A stretch of DNA of 64,000 bases from an uncultured delta proteobacterium (GCA_963767925.1 CAVYGB010000002.1:160001-224000); one strand, 5' to 3'; positions 39,296 through 49,147 are shown, counted from the first letter of the stretch. Made by a program: numbers and translations. The notes: generated by a model from the sequence alone, not told the origin.

Positions 39296-41197
39296 TCAGC
39301 GGTCGGGGGCCAGGGCGCGCAGGCGGCGGTGGGTCTCGCCCACGACGTCGAAGGGCTTCTCCACGCAGTCGTCGGCGTGGCTGACCAGGAAGTCGGCCGC
39401 CCAATCGGTGAAGGCGCCGCCGGTCATGAAGACCACCCGGGTCAGGCGGTGGGGGGCCCGGTCGGCGAGCACGTCGGCCAGGTCCATGCCCGACATGCCC
39501 TTCATCATGAGGTCGCAGTAGACGAGGTCGAAGGCGGCGTCCCCCAGCAGCAGCGACGAGGCGCTGGCCGCGTCGGGGACCACCTCGGTGTCGAACCCGG
39601 CCTCGGCGAGCTGGCCGGAGAGGGCCTTGGCCACCAGCGGCTCGTCGTCGATCAGCAACACGCGGGGCCGCCGCCCCGCCGGAGGCGCCGGACCGGGGGG
39701 CGGTGGGGGGCGGCTGGCGGCGGTCCGCCCCGCCGCCGGCACCTCGACCCGGAAGATGGCCCCGCCGCCCGCCCGCTCGTGCACCGAGATCTCCCCGCCC
39801 AGCCCGCGCACGATGTTGCGGCAGACGAACAACCCCAGCCCGGTCCCCTCGCCGGTGGGGCGCCGGCTGACGAAGGCCTCGAACACGCGTTCGCGCTCGC
39901 TCTCGGGGATGCCCGGCCCCGAGTCGGACACCTCGATCGCCACCACCGTCCCCTCGTCGCGCAGCACCACCGCCACCTCTTGAAGGTCCGAGTCGCCGTC
40001 GGGCAGCGACTGCTGGGCGTTGATCAACAGATTCAGCAGGACCTGCGCCAGGCGGGTCTCGCTGGCCACCACCGCCGGAACCGCCGGCAGCCAGACCCGC
40101 AGGCGGGCCCGCAGCTCGACGTCCTTGCGCACCAGCTTGACCACGCTCTCGATCACCGGGCGCACGTCGATCGGCTCGAGGCGGCCGTCGTCGGCCCGGG
40201 CGAAGGTGCGGAGGTCGCGGATGATGGTGGCGATGCGCTGGACGCCCTGGTAGGCAGGGATCAGGTCCTCGATCATCTCGCTGGCCGCCGCCGCCAGCTC
40301 GGGCTGGCCGGCCAGGCGGGTCAGGTGGCGGTCGAGCCCCCGCCGCAGGCTGTACAGGTGGGCCAGGACGTAGGTGAGGGGGTTGTTCACCTCGTGGGCC
40401 ACGCTGGCGGCCAGGGTCCCCATGGCCATGACCCGGTCGCTCTGGATGGCGGCGGCCTGCAGGTGGCGCAGCTCGCTCATGTCGTGGGCCAGTCCGAGCA
40501 CGCCGGTCACCACCCCGTCTTCGCCCCGGATGGGCGTCAGCCAGGAGTCGAAGACGGCCTCGCCCACCTGCACGGTGTAATAGAGCGCCTCGCCCGCCAG
40601 GCCCTTGCGGATGTAGCCGGGGATGGTGGGGTGGTCGCGGTAGAGGTTCCAGATCGACTGCCCCACGAGATCCCCCGAGCGCACGCCGAGGGCCTTGAGC
40701 CCCGCCCCCTCGGACATCGTGATGATCCCCTCGGGATCGATCGAGAACAGCGCCACCGGGGCGTGGTCGACCGCCAGCTTGAGCTGGGCCACGATGGTGT
40801 CGCGCTCGGCCTCCACCAGGACCTCGCGGCTGACGTCGATGAAGGCGACGATGACGTGGCCCATCCGCCCCTGCCCATCGCGCAGGGGCTGCCCGAAGGC
40901 CCGGATGGGGACGCGCGCGCCGTCGGCCCGGTGGATCACCATCCCCTCGACGACAACGCTCTGGCCGCTGGCCACCACCTGGGAGAACGGGAGGCGCTCG
41001 ATCGGGAAGGCCTGGCCCCCGCGATCGAAGACCCGGTAGGTGGCGGGGATGTCCCCCAGCCGGCTGCCTTCCACCGCGGCCATGCCGAGGATCTCGCGAA
41101 ACGCCCGGTTGGCGTAGAGCACCCGCCCCTCCGGGACGCAGCCCACCCAGACACCGAGCGGCAGCTCATCAAGTATCCTCCCCGAGGAGTCGTCCAT
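39296..41197 (-). CDS. PAS-PAS hybrid histidine kinase/response regulator
   Basis: VAHEVNNPL, NLLINA, GTGLGL, REC LLIDDEP..CDLMM. Confidence 0.92.
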   Translation of the reverse strand: MDDSSGRILDELPLGVWVGCVPEGRVLYANRAFREILGMAAVEGSRLGDIPATYRVFDRGGQAFPIERLPFSQVVASGQSVVVEGMVIHRADGARVPIRAFGQPLRDGQGRMGHVIVAFIDVSREVLVEAERDTIVAQLKLAVDHAPVALFSIDPEGIITMSEGAGLKALGVRSGDLVGQSIWNLYRDHPTIPGYIRKGLAGEALYYTVQVGEAVFDSWLTPIRGEDGVVTGVLGLAHDMSELRHLQAAAIQSDRVMAMGTLAASVAHEVNNPLTYVLAHLYSLRRGLDRHLTRLAGQPELAAAASEMIEDLIPAYQGVQRIATIIRDLRTFARADDGRLEPIDVRPVIESVVKLVRKDVELRARLRVWLPAVPAVVASETRLAQVLLNLLINAQQSLPDGDSDLQEVAVVLRDEGTVVAIEVSDSGPGIPESERERVFEAFVSRRPTGEGTGLGLFVCRNIVRGLGGEISVHERAGGGAIFRVEVPAAGRTAASRPPPPPGPAPPAGRRPRVLLIDDEPLVAKALSGQLAEAGFDTEVVPDAASASSLLLGDAAFDLVYCDLMMKGMSGMDLADVLADRAPHRLTRVVFMTGGAFTDWAADFLVSHADDCVEKPFDVVGETHRRLRALAPDR

Positions 41198-41253
41198 CGC
41201 CGCAGCGACAGTATAGGTACACCTCGCCGCGCAGCATAGGCGCGATGGGGGGG

Positions 41254-43548
41254 TCAGCGGGCCGGGCCGGTCAGGTGGCGCACGTCAGGGATGCGGTCGA
41301 AAGGGGCGTAGAGCCAGGAGTAGGCGAAGTAGGAGGCGAGGACCCGCTTGGTGTAGCCGCGGGTCTCCTCGAAGGGGATCTCCTCGATGAACTCGTCGAC
41401 CGGCAGGTTGCCCCGCCGGCGCAGCCAGCGGCCCACCGCCCCCTCCCCGGCGTTGTAGGCGGCGATGGCCGTCACGACCGAGCGATACCGCCGCAGCAGC
41501 GAGGCGAGGTGGCGGCCGCCGACCGCCAGGTTGGTCTCCGGGTCGAGCAGCTCCTCGCGGGTCATCTCCCGGGCCATCACCCCCTTGGCGGTGAGCGGAT
41601 GGAGCATGGTGAGCCCGAGGCAGTTGGCGGTGGAGACGGCGCGCGGGTTGAAGGCGCTCTCCTCGCGCATGAGGGCGAGCTGCAGCTCGGGGGGGACCTT
41701 GTTGGCCCGGCTGTTCTCGTCGACCAGGTCGCCGAAGGCGCGCGGGTAGGCCAGCGCCCAGGGGCTGACCGGGCCGGCGGCCGGGTAGTGGTAGCGAAAC
41801 TCGCCGAGCTGGTCGGCGACGAGCGCGTGCGAGGTGTTCCACATGCCGGCGCGATCGAGCAGCACCGCCGCGGTGCCGGTGAGGTCCCGATCGGGGCCCC
41901 CCTCGACCCGCTCGCCGTACAGGCGCGCCAGCTCCCGGTGGGAGGCCTGGCCCAGGCCCATGCGGGCCAGCTCGACCGCGCGCTCCAGGGTGGCCCCCGC
42001 CTCCCCGGTCGGCCCGGAGGTCCTCGCGCGCGCGCGCTCCCGGGAGCGAGGGGCCGGGGTCTCGAGGGGGCGGCGCAGCTCGCGCTCGAGGTCGGCGGCG
42101 ACCTGGGGGGCGATGGCCTCGAGCCGGCCGAAGGCCAGCAGGCTGTACACCGCCAGCGGGTAGCGGCGCACGGTCTGGCGGTACCAGTCGATGGCCTCCT
42201 CGGGGCGGCGCTGCTTCTCGAGGATGCGCCCCTCCCAGTATTCGGGGCGCCCCTGCGCGTACCAGGTGAGCGCGCGCGGGACCAGCTCGCGGTTGCGGGC
42301 CAGGTAGGCGCGGGCCTCGTCCCAGGCGCGCGCCCGGTAGGACCGGTAGGCGAGCTGCCAGAGGGCGTCGCCGGCGATGTCGCCGTAGGGGTAGCGCTCG
42401 GGCAAGGTGCGGGCGAGCTCGACGGCGCCGGCGGTGTCGCCCGCTTCCCAGGCGGCCTCGGCGGCGCGCAGGCGGGCGTCGTCGGCCAGCCGGTGCTCGG
42501 GGTGGTCGGCCTCGAGGCGGGCGAACTCGGCCCGCGCGCCCGCCTTGTCGCCGGTGAGGGCCAGGCAGCGGCCGCGCTGGTAGAGCGACCAGGCCCGCAG
42601 GTGGCCGTCGCCCGCGCGCTGGCAGGCCTCGGCGGCCAGCGCGAACAGGGGCGCGGCCCGCGTGCGGTTGCGCTGCTTCCAGACCGACTGGGCCAGGTGA
42701 AAGCGCGCCCGGCAGGTGTCGGCGGGGTCGAGGGCGCCGCTGTCGAGGGCCTGGCCGAGCAGGGCCTCGGAGGTCTCGTTCTGGTGGCGATCGAAGAGGA
42801 CCATGCCCCGGGCCAGCCAGTCCTGCGGGCGGCGGGCGGCTTGCCGCTGCCCGGCCGGATCCAGCCGGGGCAGCAGCGCGGTCAGGCGGTCGTCGGCCCG
42901 CTTGCTCCAGGTGTCCGAGCGGGCTTCGGCCCAGAGGGTGCGCAGGCGCTCGGCGGCCTCGAGCAGGCGCCCCTGCGCCTCGATCGCCACCGCGGTGGCG
43001 AAGGCCGCCTCGGCGCTGCGCGGGCCCGCGGGGAAGCGCTCGGCGTAGCGGGTGCCCTCGCGCTCGACCTCGCGGAAGCGGCGGCTCGCGGCGAGGGCCT
43101 CGATGCGGATGAGGGCGCTCTCCGCCTCCGGGATCGAGCCCCGGGGCACGCGCGCCACCCAGGCGAGCGCCCCCGCCCGGTCCCCGCGGCGCAGGTGGCA
43201 GGCCGCCGCGTGGTAGGCGTAATAGGGCCGCAGCAGGCGGTCCTCGCGCCACAGGCGCTCGAAGGTCGCGGCTGCTTCCGTCCAGCGGCCGAGGTTGCTC
43301 TGGGCCAGCCCCAGGAGGAAGCGGGCCCGCGGGATCTCCGCGCGGGGCGGCGGCCGCCGCGCCTGCAACGCCCGGGCGAAGCCGTCGGCGGCGGCTTGCC
43401 ACTGCTCGCGGCGGAAGCTGTCGGCGGCGGCGCGCAGCGGACCTTGCTCGAAATACGGCTCGGCCGCTCCGGGATCCACAAGCAGCCGATGGGGTGCGGG
43501 GGCCGGAGCGGTCAGGGCGGCGGCGGACAGGGCCAGCGCGGCGATCAC
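41254..43548 (-). CDS. Soluble lytic transglycosylase with TPR repeats
   Basis: TPR superhelix; ALMREESAFNP, AAYNAGEG, IPFEETRGY.KRV. Confidence 0.92.
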   Translation of the reverse strand: MIAALALSAAALTAPAPAPHRLLVDPGAAEPYFEQGPLRAAADSFRREQWQAAADGFARALQARRPPPRAEIPRARFLLGLAQSNLGRWTEAAATFERLWREDRLLRPYYAYHAAACHLRRGDRAGALAWVARVPRGSIPEAESALIRIEALAASRRFREVEREGTRYAERFPAGPRSAEAAFATAVAIEAQGRLLEAAERLRTLWAEARSDTWSKRADDRLTALLPRLDPAGQRQAARRPQDWLARGMVLFDRHQNETSEALLGQALDSGALDPADTCRARFHLAQSVWKQRNRTRAAPLFALAAEACQRAGDGHLRAWSLYQRGRCLALTGDKAGARAEFARLEADHPEHRLADDARLRAAEAAWEAGDTAGAVELARTLPERYPYGDIAGDALWQLAYRSYRARAWDEARAYLARNRELVPRALTWYAQGRPEYWEGRILEKQRRPEEAIDWYRQTVRRYPLAVYSLLAFGRLEAIAPQVAADLERELRRPLETPAPRSRERARARTSGPTGEAGATLERAVELARMGLGQASHRELARLYGERVEGGPDRDLTGTAAVLLDRAGMWNTSHALVADQLGEFRYHYPAAGPVSPWALAYPRAFGDLVDENSRANKVPPELQLALMREESAFNPRAVSTANCLGLTMLHPLTAKGVMAREMTREELLDPETNLAVGGRHLASLLRRYRSVVTAIAAYNAGEGAVGRWLRRRGNLPVDEFIEEIPFEETRGYTKRVLASYFAYSWLYAPFDRIPDVRHLTGPAR

Positions 43549-43563
43549 GCGGGGCCAAGCATT

Positions 43564-43586
43564 AACTAATATCTTAGTTGTGTCAA
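43564..43586 (-). promoter_or_regulatory. TTGACA -35 box followed by palindrome AACTAA-N4-TTAGTT
   Basis: AT-rich island 15 bp upstream of the SLT start. Confidence 0.55.
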
Positions 43587-43776
43587 GGTGGGTCGAATCG
43601 GCACGGTATTCTCGCGGCGAGGGCGCGGCGCTTTTGCGCGCGCATTTACAGAGGAGTAACGTGGCCGCCGGAGGACGTTCGCGATGCGCGATACAAGCAG
43701 CCAGGCGTCACGGCGGCCGAGCGGCGAAGTGGGCTCTCTCACGGTGCGCGGGCGCGCGACCGGCAGGGAGCTGGAA

Positions 43777-44877
43777 ATGGTGATGGAGACGGAGTCGGCG
43801 GGGCGAGGCGCTCCGGCGCGGATCGGGTGTGATCACCCGGGATCGAGGCGGGGGCGCGCGCTGCCGTCGCCGTCGGCAGGGCGAGGCACTCCGCTGCGGG
43901 ACGGGTGCGGGGACTCGGGACCGACGCGGGGACGCGCGCTGGCGCGGGCGGCGGCGTTTTCCCTCGTGCTGGTGCTCGCGGTGGCGGGGGCGGGCGGCGC
44001 GCAGGGTGCCACGGCGCGGGGGTTCGCGCTCGATCGGTTCAGTCCGTCGGGCGGAGGCAGCGACTGGTTCGCGCTCGAGTCGCTCGATTTCCGCGGCCAC
44101 TTCCGCCCTTCGGGTGGGGTGACCTTCAACTACGCCGACCAGCCGCTGGCGGTGCACGACAGCGCGGGCAACACCTACGGCAACGCCATCGTCGACACGC
44201 AGCTCTTCGTGCACGGCAGCCTGGCGATGATGTGGCGCGACCGGGTGCGCTTCGGGCTCGACTTCCCCCTGGCCATCCACCAGGCGGGCAACCAGCAGAC
44301 GGTGGGCGACTTCACCTTCCGCTCGGCCAACCGGGTGGCGGCCGGCGATCTCCGGGTGGGCGGCGATGTCCTGCTGACGGGGAGCTACCGCAGCCGCTTG
44401 CAGGTGGCGGCGGGGCTCGAGCTGCTGTTCCCCACCGGGATCCGCAGCCAGTACACCAGCGACGGGGTGGTGCGCTTCGCGCCCCGGCTGATGGCGGCGG
44501 GCCAGTGGGGGCGCTACGTCTATGCGGCCCGCCTGGGGTTTCACTCGCGGGGCTCGGTGCCGGAGGCGCAGCGGGAGATCCTGCGCATCGGCCACGAGGT
44601 GACGGGCGGTGTGGCGCTGGGGGTGCGGCCGGGGGACGCGTTCGTGATCGGGGCGGAGGTGTACGGGGCGACGGTGGTGACGGGCGGGAACTACCTGCGC
44701 GAGTCGGTCAGCCCGCTGGAGGTGCTGTTCTCGGCCCGCTTCGCGCCTGCGCAGGACTTCCACGTGATGCTCGGGGTGGCGCCGGGGATCACGACGGCGG
44801 TCGGCTCACCGACGATTCGCGTACTCGGTCGGGTGGAATACACGCCCAGCCTCTCGCTCGCCCGCCCGCGGAACTGA
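43777..44877 (+). CDS. Outer-membrane beta-barrel resembling the N-terminal domain of myxobacterial OmpA-family (TraB-like) proteins
   Basis: GFALDRF.P..GGSDWFALESLD, GDLRVG.D, SPLEVL, GPGI..AVGSP.IR. No OmpA C-terminal domain. Confidence 0.65.
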   Translation: MVMETESAGRGAPARIGCDHPGSRRGRALPSPSAGRGTPLRDGCGDSGPTRGRALARAAAFSLVLVLAVAGAGGAQGATARGFALDRFSPSGGGSDWFALESLDFRGHFRPSGGVTFNYADQPLAVHDSAGNTYGNAIVDTQLFVHGSLAMMWRDRVRFGLDFPLAIHQAGNQQTVGDFTFRSANRVAAGDLRVGGDVLLTGSYRSRLQVAAGLELLFPTGIRSQYTSDGVVRFAPRLMAAGQWGRYVYAARLGFHSRGSVPEAQREILRIGHEVTGGVALGVRPGDAFVIGAEVYGATVVTGGNYLRESVSPLEVLFSARFAPAQDFHVMLGVAPGITTAVGSPTIRVLGRVEYTPSLSLARPRN

Positions 44878-45039
44878 TCCCCGGCACGGGTCGAGGGGAC
44901 GCTCCGTGCTTTCCGGCGGGGGGGCGCGGGGTGGCCTACATTTTCTCCGCTGCGCGCGGGGGGGACGTGGGACCCGGACCTCGACGAGCGCACGTAGAGG
45001 GATTGGCTCTGGGTGCCGTGCTCGCTGGGGCGGCTCTGG

Positions 45040-45471
45040 TCAGGCTACGTCGCAGCCGGCCAGGGTGGGGTCGGCGGGGTGGCGGCGGAGGGCGGCGAGG
45101 GCGAAGCCGCCGAACATGGCGGCGGTGAAGACGGCGATGCCGGGCTGGCCGCCGGGCAGGGAGACGATGGCGGGGCCGGGGCACAGGCCGGAGAGGCCCC
45201 AGCCGGCGCCGAAGAGGGCTGCGCCCAGGACGAGGGGGGGGTCGATTCGTTCCTGGCGGCGGCTCCAGGGCCGGCCTGGATCGGCACGGCGCAAGGCCTG
45301 CAGGAAGGGGAGATAGACCAGGACGGCGCCGCCCATGACGAGGGCCAGGCTGGGGTCCCAGCGGCCGAAGAAGTCGAGGAACCCGATCACCTTGACTGGC
45401 GCGGTCATCCCGGACAGCCCGAGGCCGAGCGCGAACAGGAGGCCCGACAGGAAGGGAACGGCCCGCTTCAC
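45040..45471 (-). CDS. YeeE/YedE-family (DUF6691-like) small membrane protein
   Basis: GLLFALGLGLSGM..P.KV.GFLD..G.WDPSL, FG.GWGL.G.CPGP; GTGA overlap. Confidence 0.9.
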   Translation of the reverse strand: MKRAVPFLSGLLFALGLGLSGMTAPVKVIGFLDFFGRWDPSLALVMGGAVLVYLPFLQALRRADPGRPWSRRQERIDPPLVLGAALFGAGWGLSGLCPGPAIVSLPGGQPGIAVFTAAMFGGFALAALRRHPADPTLAGCDVA

Positions 45472-45884
45472 GGCGCACCCCCGACCAGGGCCACCGTCAG
45501 GGCTCCGGTGGCCATGAACACGATCACGGCCACCAGCGACCGGCCCGACAACCGGCCCAGCCCGCAGATCCCGTGCCCGCTGGTGCAGCCCCCCGACACC
45601 CGCGCCCCGAACCCAACCAGCACGCCGGCGACGGCCAGCGCCGCCAGGCTGGCCGGCGCAGCCCCCAGGCGCTCCGGGGCCACCACCCGCAACAGCACGC
45701 CCCCGACCACCAAGCCGGCCACGAACTCCGCGCGCCACCGCCAGGCATCTCCCCGCTCGCTGAAAACCCCCGCCGCGATCCCGCTGACTCCCGCTGCGTG
45801 CCCGGCCCCCCACAAGAGCAAGGAAGCCGCCGCCCCGATGAGCATCCCCCCGAGGAGGGCGAACAGAAGATCCGAAGAAAACAT
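45468..45884 (-). CDS. YeeE/YedE-family small membrane protein
   Basis: LLGGMLIG, AGVSGI, GGCTSGHGICG. Confidence 0.9.
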   Translation of the reverse strand: MFSSDLLFALLGGMLIGAAASLLLWGAGHAAGVSGIAAGVFSERGDAWRWRAEFVAGLVVGGVLLRVVAPERLGAAPASLAALAVAGVLVGFGARVSGGCTSGHGICGLGRLSGRSLVAVIVFMATGALTVALVGGAP

Positions 45885-46076
45885 GGCCGCGCCATCATAG
45901 CGCGCCCCCGCCCAGCTTCCGCCCCCTCCACCGGAGCGCCGCGCGAACAGGCACGACACACGGCCCGCCCCAGGGCCCGGCAAAGGTCGGCCCGACGCCC
46001 GCTCCGAACACGCAGCGACGACGTCGGCTCATTGCTGCGGGGTATCTCTACAAAGACCCCCTCCGAGCGCCCCGCC

Positions 46077-46530
46077 GCCCCCCCGCGCGCAGCGGAGAAA
46101 CCGTAGGCCACCCAGGGGCGCGTGGGGAGGTGGGGATGGGCTTCCCGGGGGCGTGGAGCGCCTGCACCGCCGTCTGCGGCGGCTGCCTTGGCGCGAGTCG
46201 AGGCTGCGCGCCCCCAACCCCGAGCGCTCCGCTTCCGCCCCCCGCGCGCAGCGGAGAAAATGTAGGCCACCCAGGGGCGTGGGGAGGTGGGGATGGGCTT
46301 CCCGGGGGCGTGGAGCGCCTGCACCGCCGTCTGCGGCGGCTGCCTTGGCGCGAGTCGAGGCCGCGCGCCCCCAACCCCGAGCGCTCCGCTTCCGCCCCCC
46401 GCGCGCAGCGGAGAAAATGTAGGCCACCCAGGGGCGTGGGGAGGTGGGGATGGGCTTCCCGGGGGCGTGGAGCGCCTGCACCGCCGTCTGGGGCGGCTGC
46501 CAAGGCGCGAGTCGAGGCCGCGCGCCCCCA
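46077..46530. repeat. 157-bp tandem repeat, ~3 near-identical units
   Basis: Anchor cagcggagaaa at 46090, 46249 and 46406 (spacings 159 and 157). Confidence 0.95.
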
Positions 46531-46764
46531 CCAGGCCATTGCCGTTCTTTCGGCCCCAGCCCCCGTTCAGCCCGTGAGGCTCCCCCGGCCGGCGCGTGAG
46601 CGGCCGTCCCCCGGGAAGCCCATCCCCACCTCCCCGCGCCCCCCCGCCGGAAAGCACGGAGCGTCCCCCTCAACGAGCTCACGCAGCGTCCCCCACACAG
46701 CCACAGCCACAGCCACCGCACGCCGGAAAGCCCGCAGTGCTCCGTCGCCGCCCGCCTGCCACCC

Positions 46765-47844
46765 TCACCCCGGCGGGGTATCGGGACTGACCGCGCCGGC
46801 GCGCGCTGTCTCTGACGTGGCCATCCGCGCGCGGATGTCCTCGATCAACTTCGACCCCACCGCCTTGTGCGCCACCTTCACCGCGTTGGCGATCGCCCGC
46901 GCCCGCGATCGCCCGTGCGCCTTGATGAACAGCCGATCGAACCCCAGCAACGGCGCCCCCCCGTACTCCTGCCAGTCGGTGATCGCCTTCAACCGCTTGA
47001 TCCCCCCCGACAGCATCGCCAGCCCCACCCGCCACACCAGCTTGCGCTTGTACGCATACCGCGCGAGCCGCAACACCGTCTCGCTCACCCCCTCCAGCAT
47101 CTTCAGCACCACGTTGCCGACGTACCCCGAGCAGACCACCACGTCCGCCGTCCCCCGCGGGATGTCCACCCCCTCGACGTTGCCGATGAAGTTGAGCACC
47201 GCTCCCCCCGCCGCCGACAGATCCGCCAGCCGCTGATAAGCCAGCGCCACCTCGCGCGGCCCCTTGCCCGCCTCCGAGCCGTTCGACAGCAGGGCCACCC
47301 GCGGCCGCGGGTTGCGCGAGATGCGGGCCGCGTAGGCCGCGCCCATGAGCGCGAAGGAGACGAGATCCTCGGCGGTGGCGTCCAGCGTGGCCCCCACGTC
47401 GAGCAGCAGCGAGAACGGATCCTCCTTCTCGCCCCGCCGGATCTCCGTGGGGTACACCGCCGCCAGCCCCGCCCGCCGCACCCCCGGCAGCAGCTTGAAG
47501 TTGCGGGCGCAGGCCAGCACGCTGGCCCCGGTGTTCCCCGCCGAGACCAGCGCCTCGCCCTCCCCCGCCGCCACCAGCCGCGCCGCCACCGCGATGGAAG
47601 AATCCGGCTTGCCGACCAGCGCCTCCGAAGGTTTGTCCTCCATGGTGACCACCTGCCCGGCGTGCTGCACCCGCACCCGATCGCGGGCATGCGCCAGCCC
47701 GCTCAGCAGCGCGCGCAGCCGCCCCTCGTCCCCCACCAGCGTGAGCTCCAGATCCGGCCGCAGCAGCGAGGCCTGGGCACAGCCCGCGACGACCTCGCCC
47801 GGGCCGGCGTCGCCCCCCATCGCGTCCACCACGATGCGCACCAT
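46765..47844 (-). CDS. plsX: Phosphate acyltransferase
   Basis: IVVDAMGGD..P, VSAGNTGA, LLDVGA, FIGNVEG, GNVVLK..EG, YGGAPLLG, KAHGRS. Confidence 0.93.
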   Translation of the reverse strand: MVRIVVDAMGGDAGPGEVVAGCAQASLLRPDLELTLVGDEGRLRALLSGLAHARDRVRVQHAGQVVTMEDKPSEALVGKPDSSIAVAARLVAAGEGEALVSAGNTGASVLACARNFKLLPGVRRAGLAAVYPTEIRRGEKEDPFSLLLDVGATLDATAEDLVSFALMGAAYAARISRNPRPRVALLSNGSEAGKGPREVALAYQRLADLSAAGGAVLNFIGNVEGVDIPRGTADVVVCSGYVGNVVLKMLEGVSETVLRLARYAYKRKLVWRVGLAMLSGGIKRLKAITDWQEYGGAPLLGFDRLFIKAHGRSRARAIANAVKVAHKAVGSKLIEDIRARMATSETARAGAVSPDTPPG

Positions 47845-47862
47845 GGCCCGAGCATACCCCCG

Positions 47863-49053
47863 TCAGGGCGGCGCCGGTGTGGCGCTGGTCGCCCCCGGCG
47901 CCGGCGCCGCCAGCCCGTGGCGGCGGGCGTGCTCGAGCGCCTCGCGCGCGTGCGACACGAGGACCATCTCGGTGCCGCGCCGGCGGGCGTCCTCGGCCAG
48001 GGTGGCGAGCTGGCGCCGCCGGAGGCCGCCGCTGCCCACCTCGCGGATGTAGATGGCCCGCACCCGCCCGGGGTGCTGGGCGGCGATCTGCAGGTAGATG
48101 TCCGGATCGCGCTCGCCGCTGTCCCCGATCAGCACGAAGGGCAGCGGCCCGCCCGGCATCCGCCCGTACACCGAGAGGATCTTCTCGATGGCGGCCGTCT
48201 TGTGGTCGAGCGGCGCCTCCGCGTTCAGCCCCATGTCCCGCAGCAGCAGCGGCCCCCGGGGCAGCTCGTGCCGGTCGAGGAACTCGACCAGCAGGTCGTA
48301 CAGGTTCCAGGGGCTCTTGGACACGTAGAACACCGGGTTGTCGGCGGCGGCGCCGGGGCCTGCCACAAGCGCCCGGTACAGGTCGGTGGTTCCCTCGAAG
48401 GGCAGGCGGGTCTGGGCGTTCTCCACCAGCGTCGTCCAGATCATCTTCCAGCGCTGGGTGACGTGGGTCTGCAGGACGGTGTCGTCGATGTCGCTGATGA
48501 TGCCCAGCTCGGCCCGGGGGCCGGGCACCAGCACCTCGGCCAGCGCGCGCACGGGCGTCCAGCCCGGCACCGGCGCCCCGCAGAGCTGCAGCTCGGCGGC
48601 GTGCCAGGGGCCGGCCGTCGCCAGCTCGGGCATCGCCCCCGGCTCGAGCTGCAGGTAGAAGTAGCCCTCCTCGTCGGTGACGGCGGTGGCCTCCTGCTGG
48701 CCGAAGCGCGCCTGCACCTGCGCCTCCGGCACCTCGTTCGACAGGAACCGCCGCACCATCCGGACCACGTTGCGCCAGCGGCGGTCGGTGGGAGTGGACC
48801 GCCCCAGCGCCCGGGTGGCCTCCACCACCCGGCCGGTCAGCAGCACCGCCGACGGCGTCCCGAACCCGCGGTAGGCGAGGATCTCGACCGGGCCCAGCCG
48901 CCCGAAGCGCCGCCGCCACCCCCAGCGCACCCGATCGAACACCTGCTCGAAGCGCGCGGCCTGCCGCTGGGTGAGCGCGACGAGCCGCTGGCGCGTGCGG
49001 ATGCGGCGGGTGCTGGCCGCCTCGGGGGCGTCGGGAGGGAGTGGCTCGCCCAC
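47863..49053 (-). CDS. App1/DUF2183 phosphatidate phosphatase family
   Basis: ISDIDDT, YVSKSPWNLY, LIGDSGERD..IY. Confidence 0.9.
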   Translation of the reverse strand: MGEPLPPDAPEAASTRRIRTRQRLVALTQRQAARFEQVFDRVRWGWRRRFGRLGPVEILAYRGFGTPSAVLLTGRVVEATRALGRSTPTDRRWRNVVRMVRRFLSNEVPEAQVQARFGQQEATAVTDEEGYFYLQLEPGAMPELATAGPWHAAELQLCGAPVPGWTPVRALAEVLVPGPRAELGIISDIDDTVLQTHVTQRWKMIWTTLVENAQTRLPFEGTTDLYRALVAGPGAAADNPVFYVSKSPWNLYDLLVEFLDRHELPRGPLLLRDMGLNAEAPLDHKTAAIEKILSVYGRMPGGPLPFVLIGDSGERDPDIYLQIAAQHPGRVRAIYIREVGSGGLRRRQLATLAEDARRRGTEMVLVSHAREALEHARRHGLAAPAPGATSATPAPP

Positions 49054-49147
49054 GGGTTAGTGGTGGCGCCGCGACCGCCCCGCCGTCAAGGACCGCCCCG
49101 GGTCCGACCGGTTCGATTGGCCGTCGATTGCATCCGACCGCGCCGTT

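Larger units (their letters stand above)
44895..46668. repeat. Perfect 37-bp inverted repeats (44895-44931 / 46632-46668) enclosing the YeeE pair and the tandem array
   Basis: ggggacgctccgtgctttccggcgggggggcgcgggg and its reverse complement. Confidence 0.85.

Noticed and set aside
46077..46530. CRISPR array
   Set aside because: Units are 157 bp and nearly identical along their whole length; no unique spacers and no cas genes.
46696..46717. cacagc x3 microsatellite
   Set aside because: Too short and intergenic; no evidence of function.
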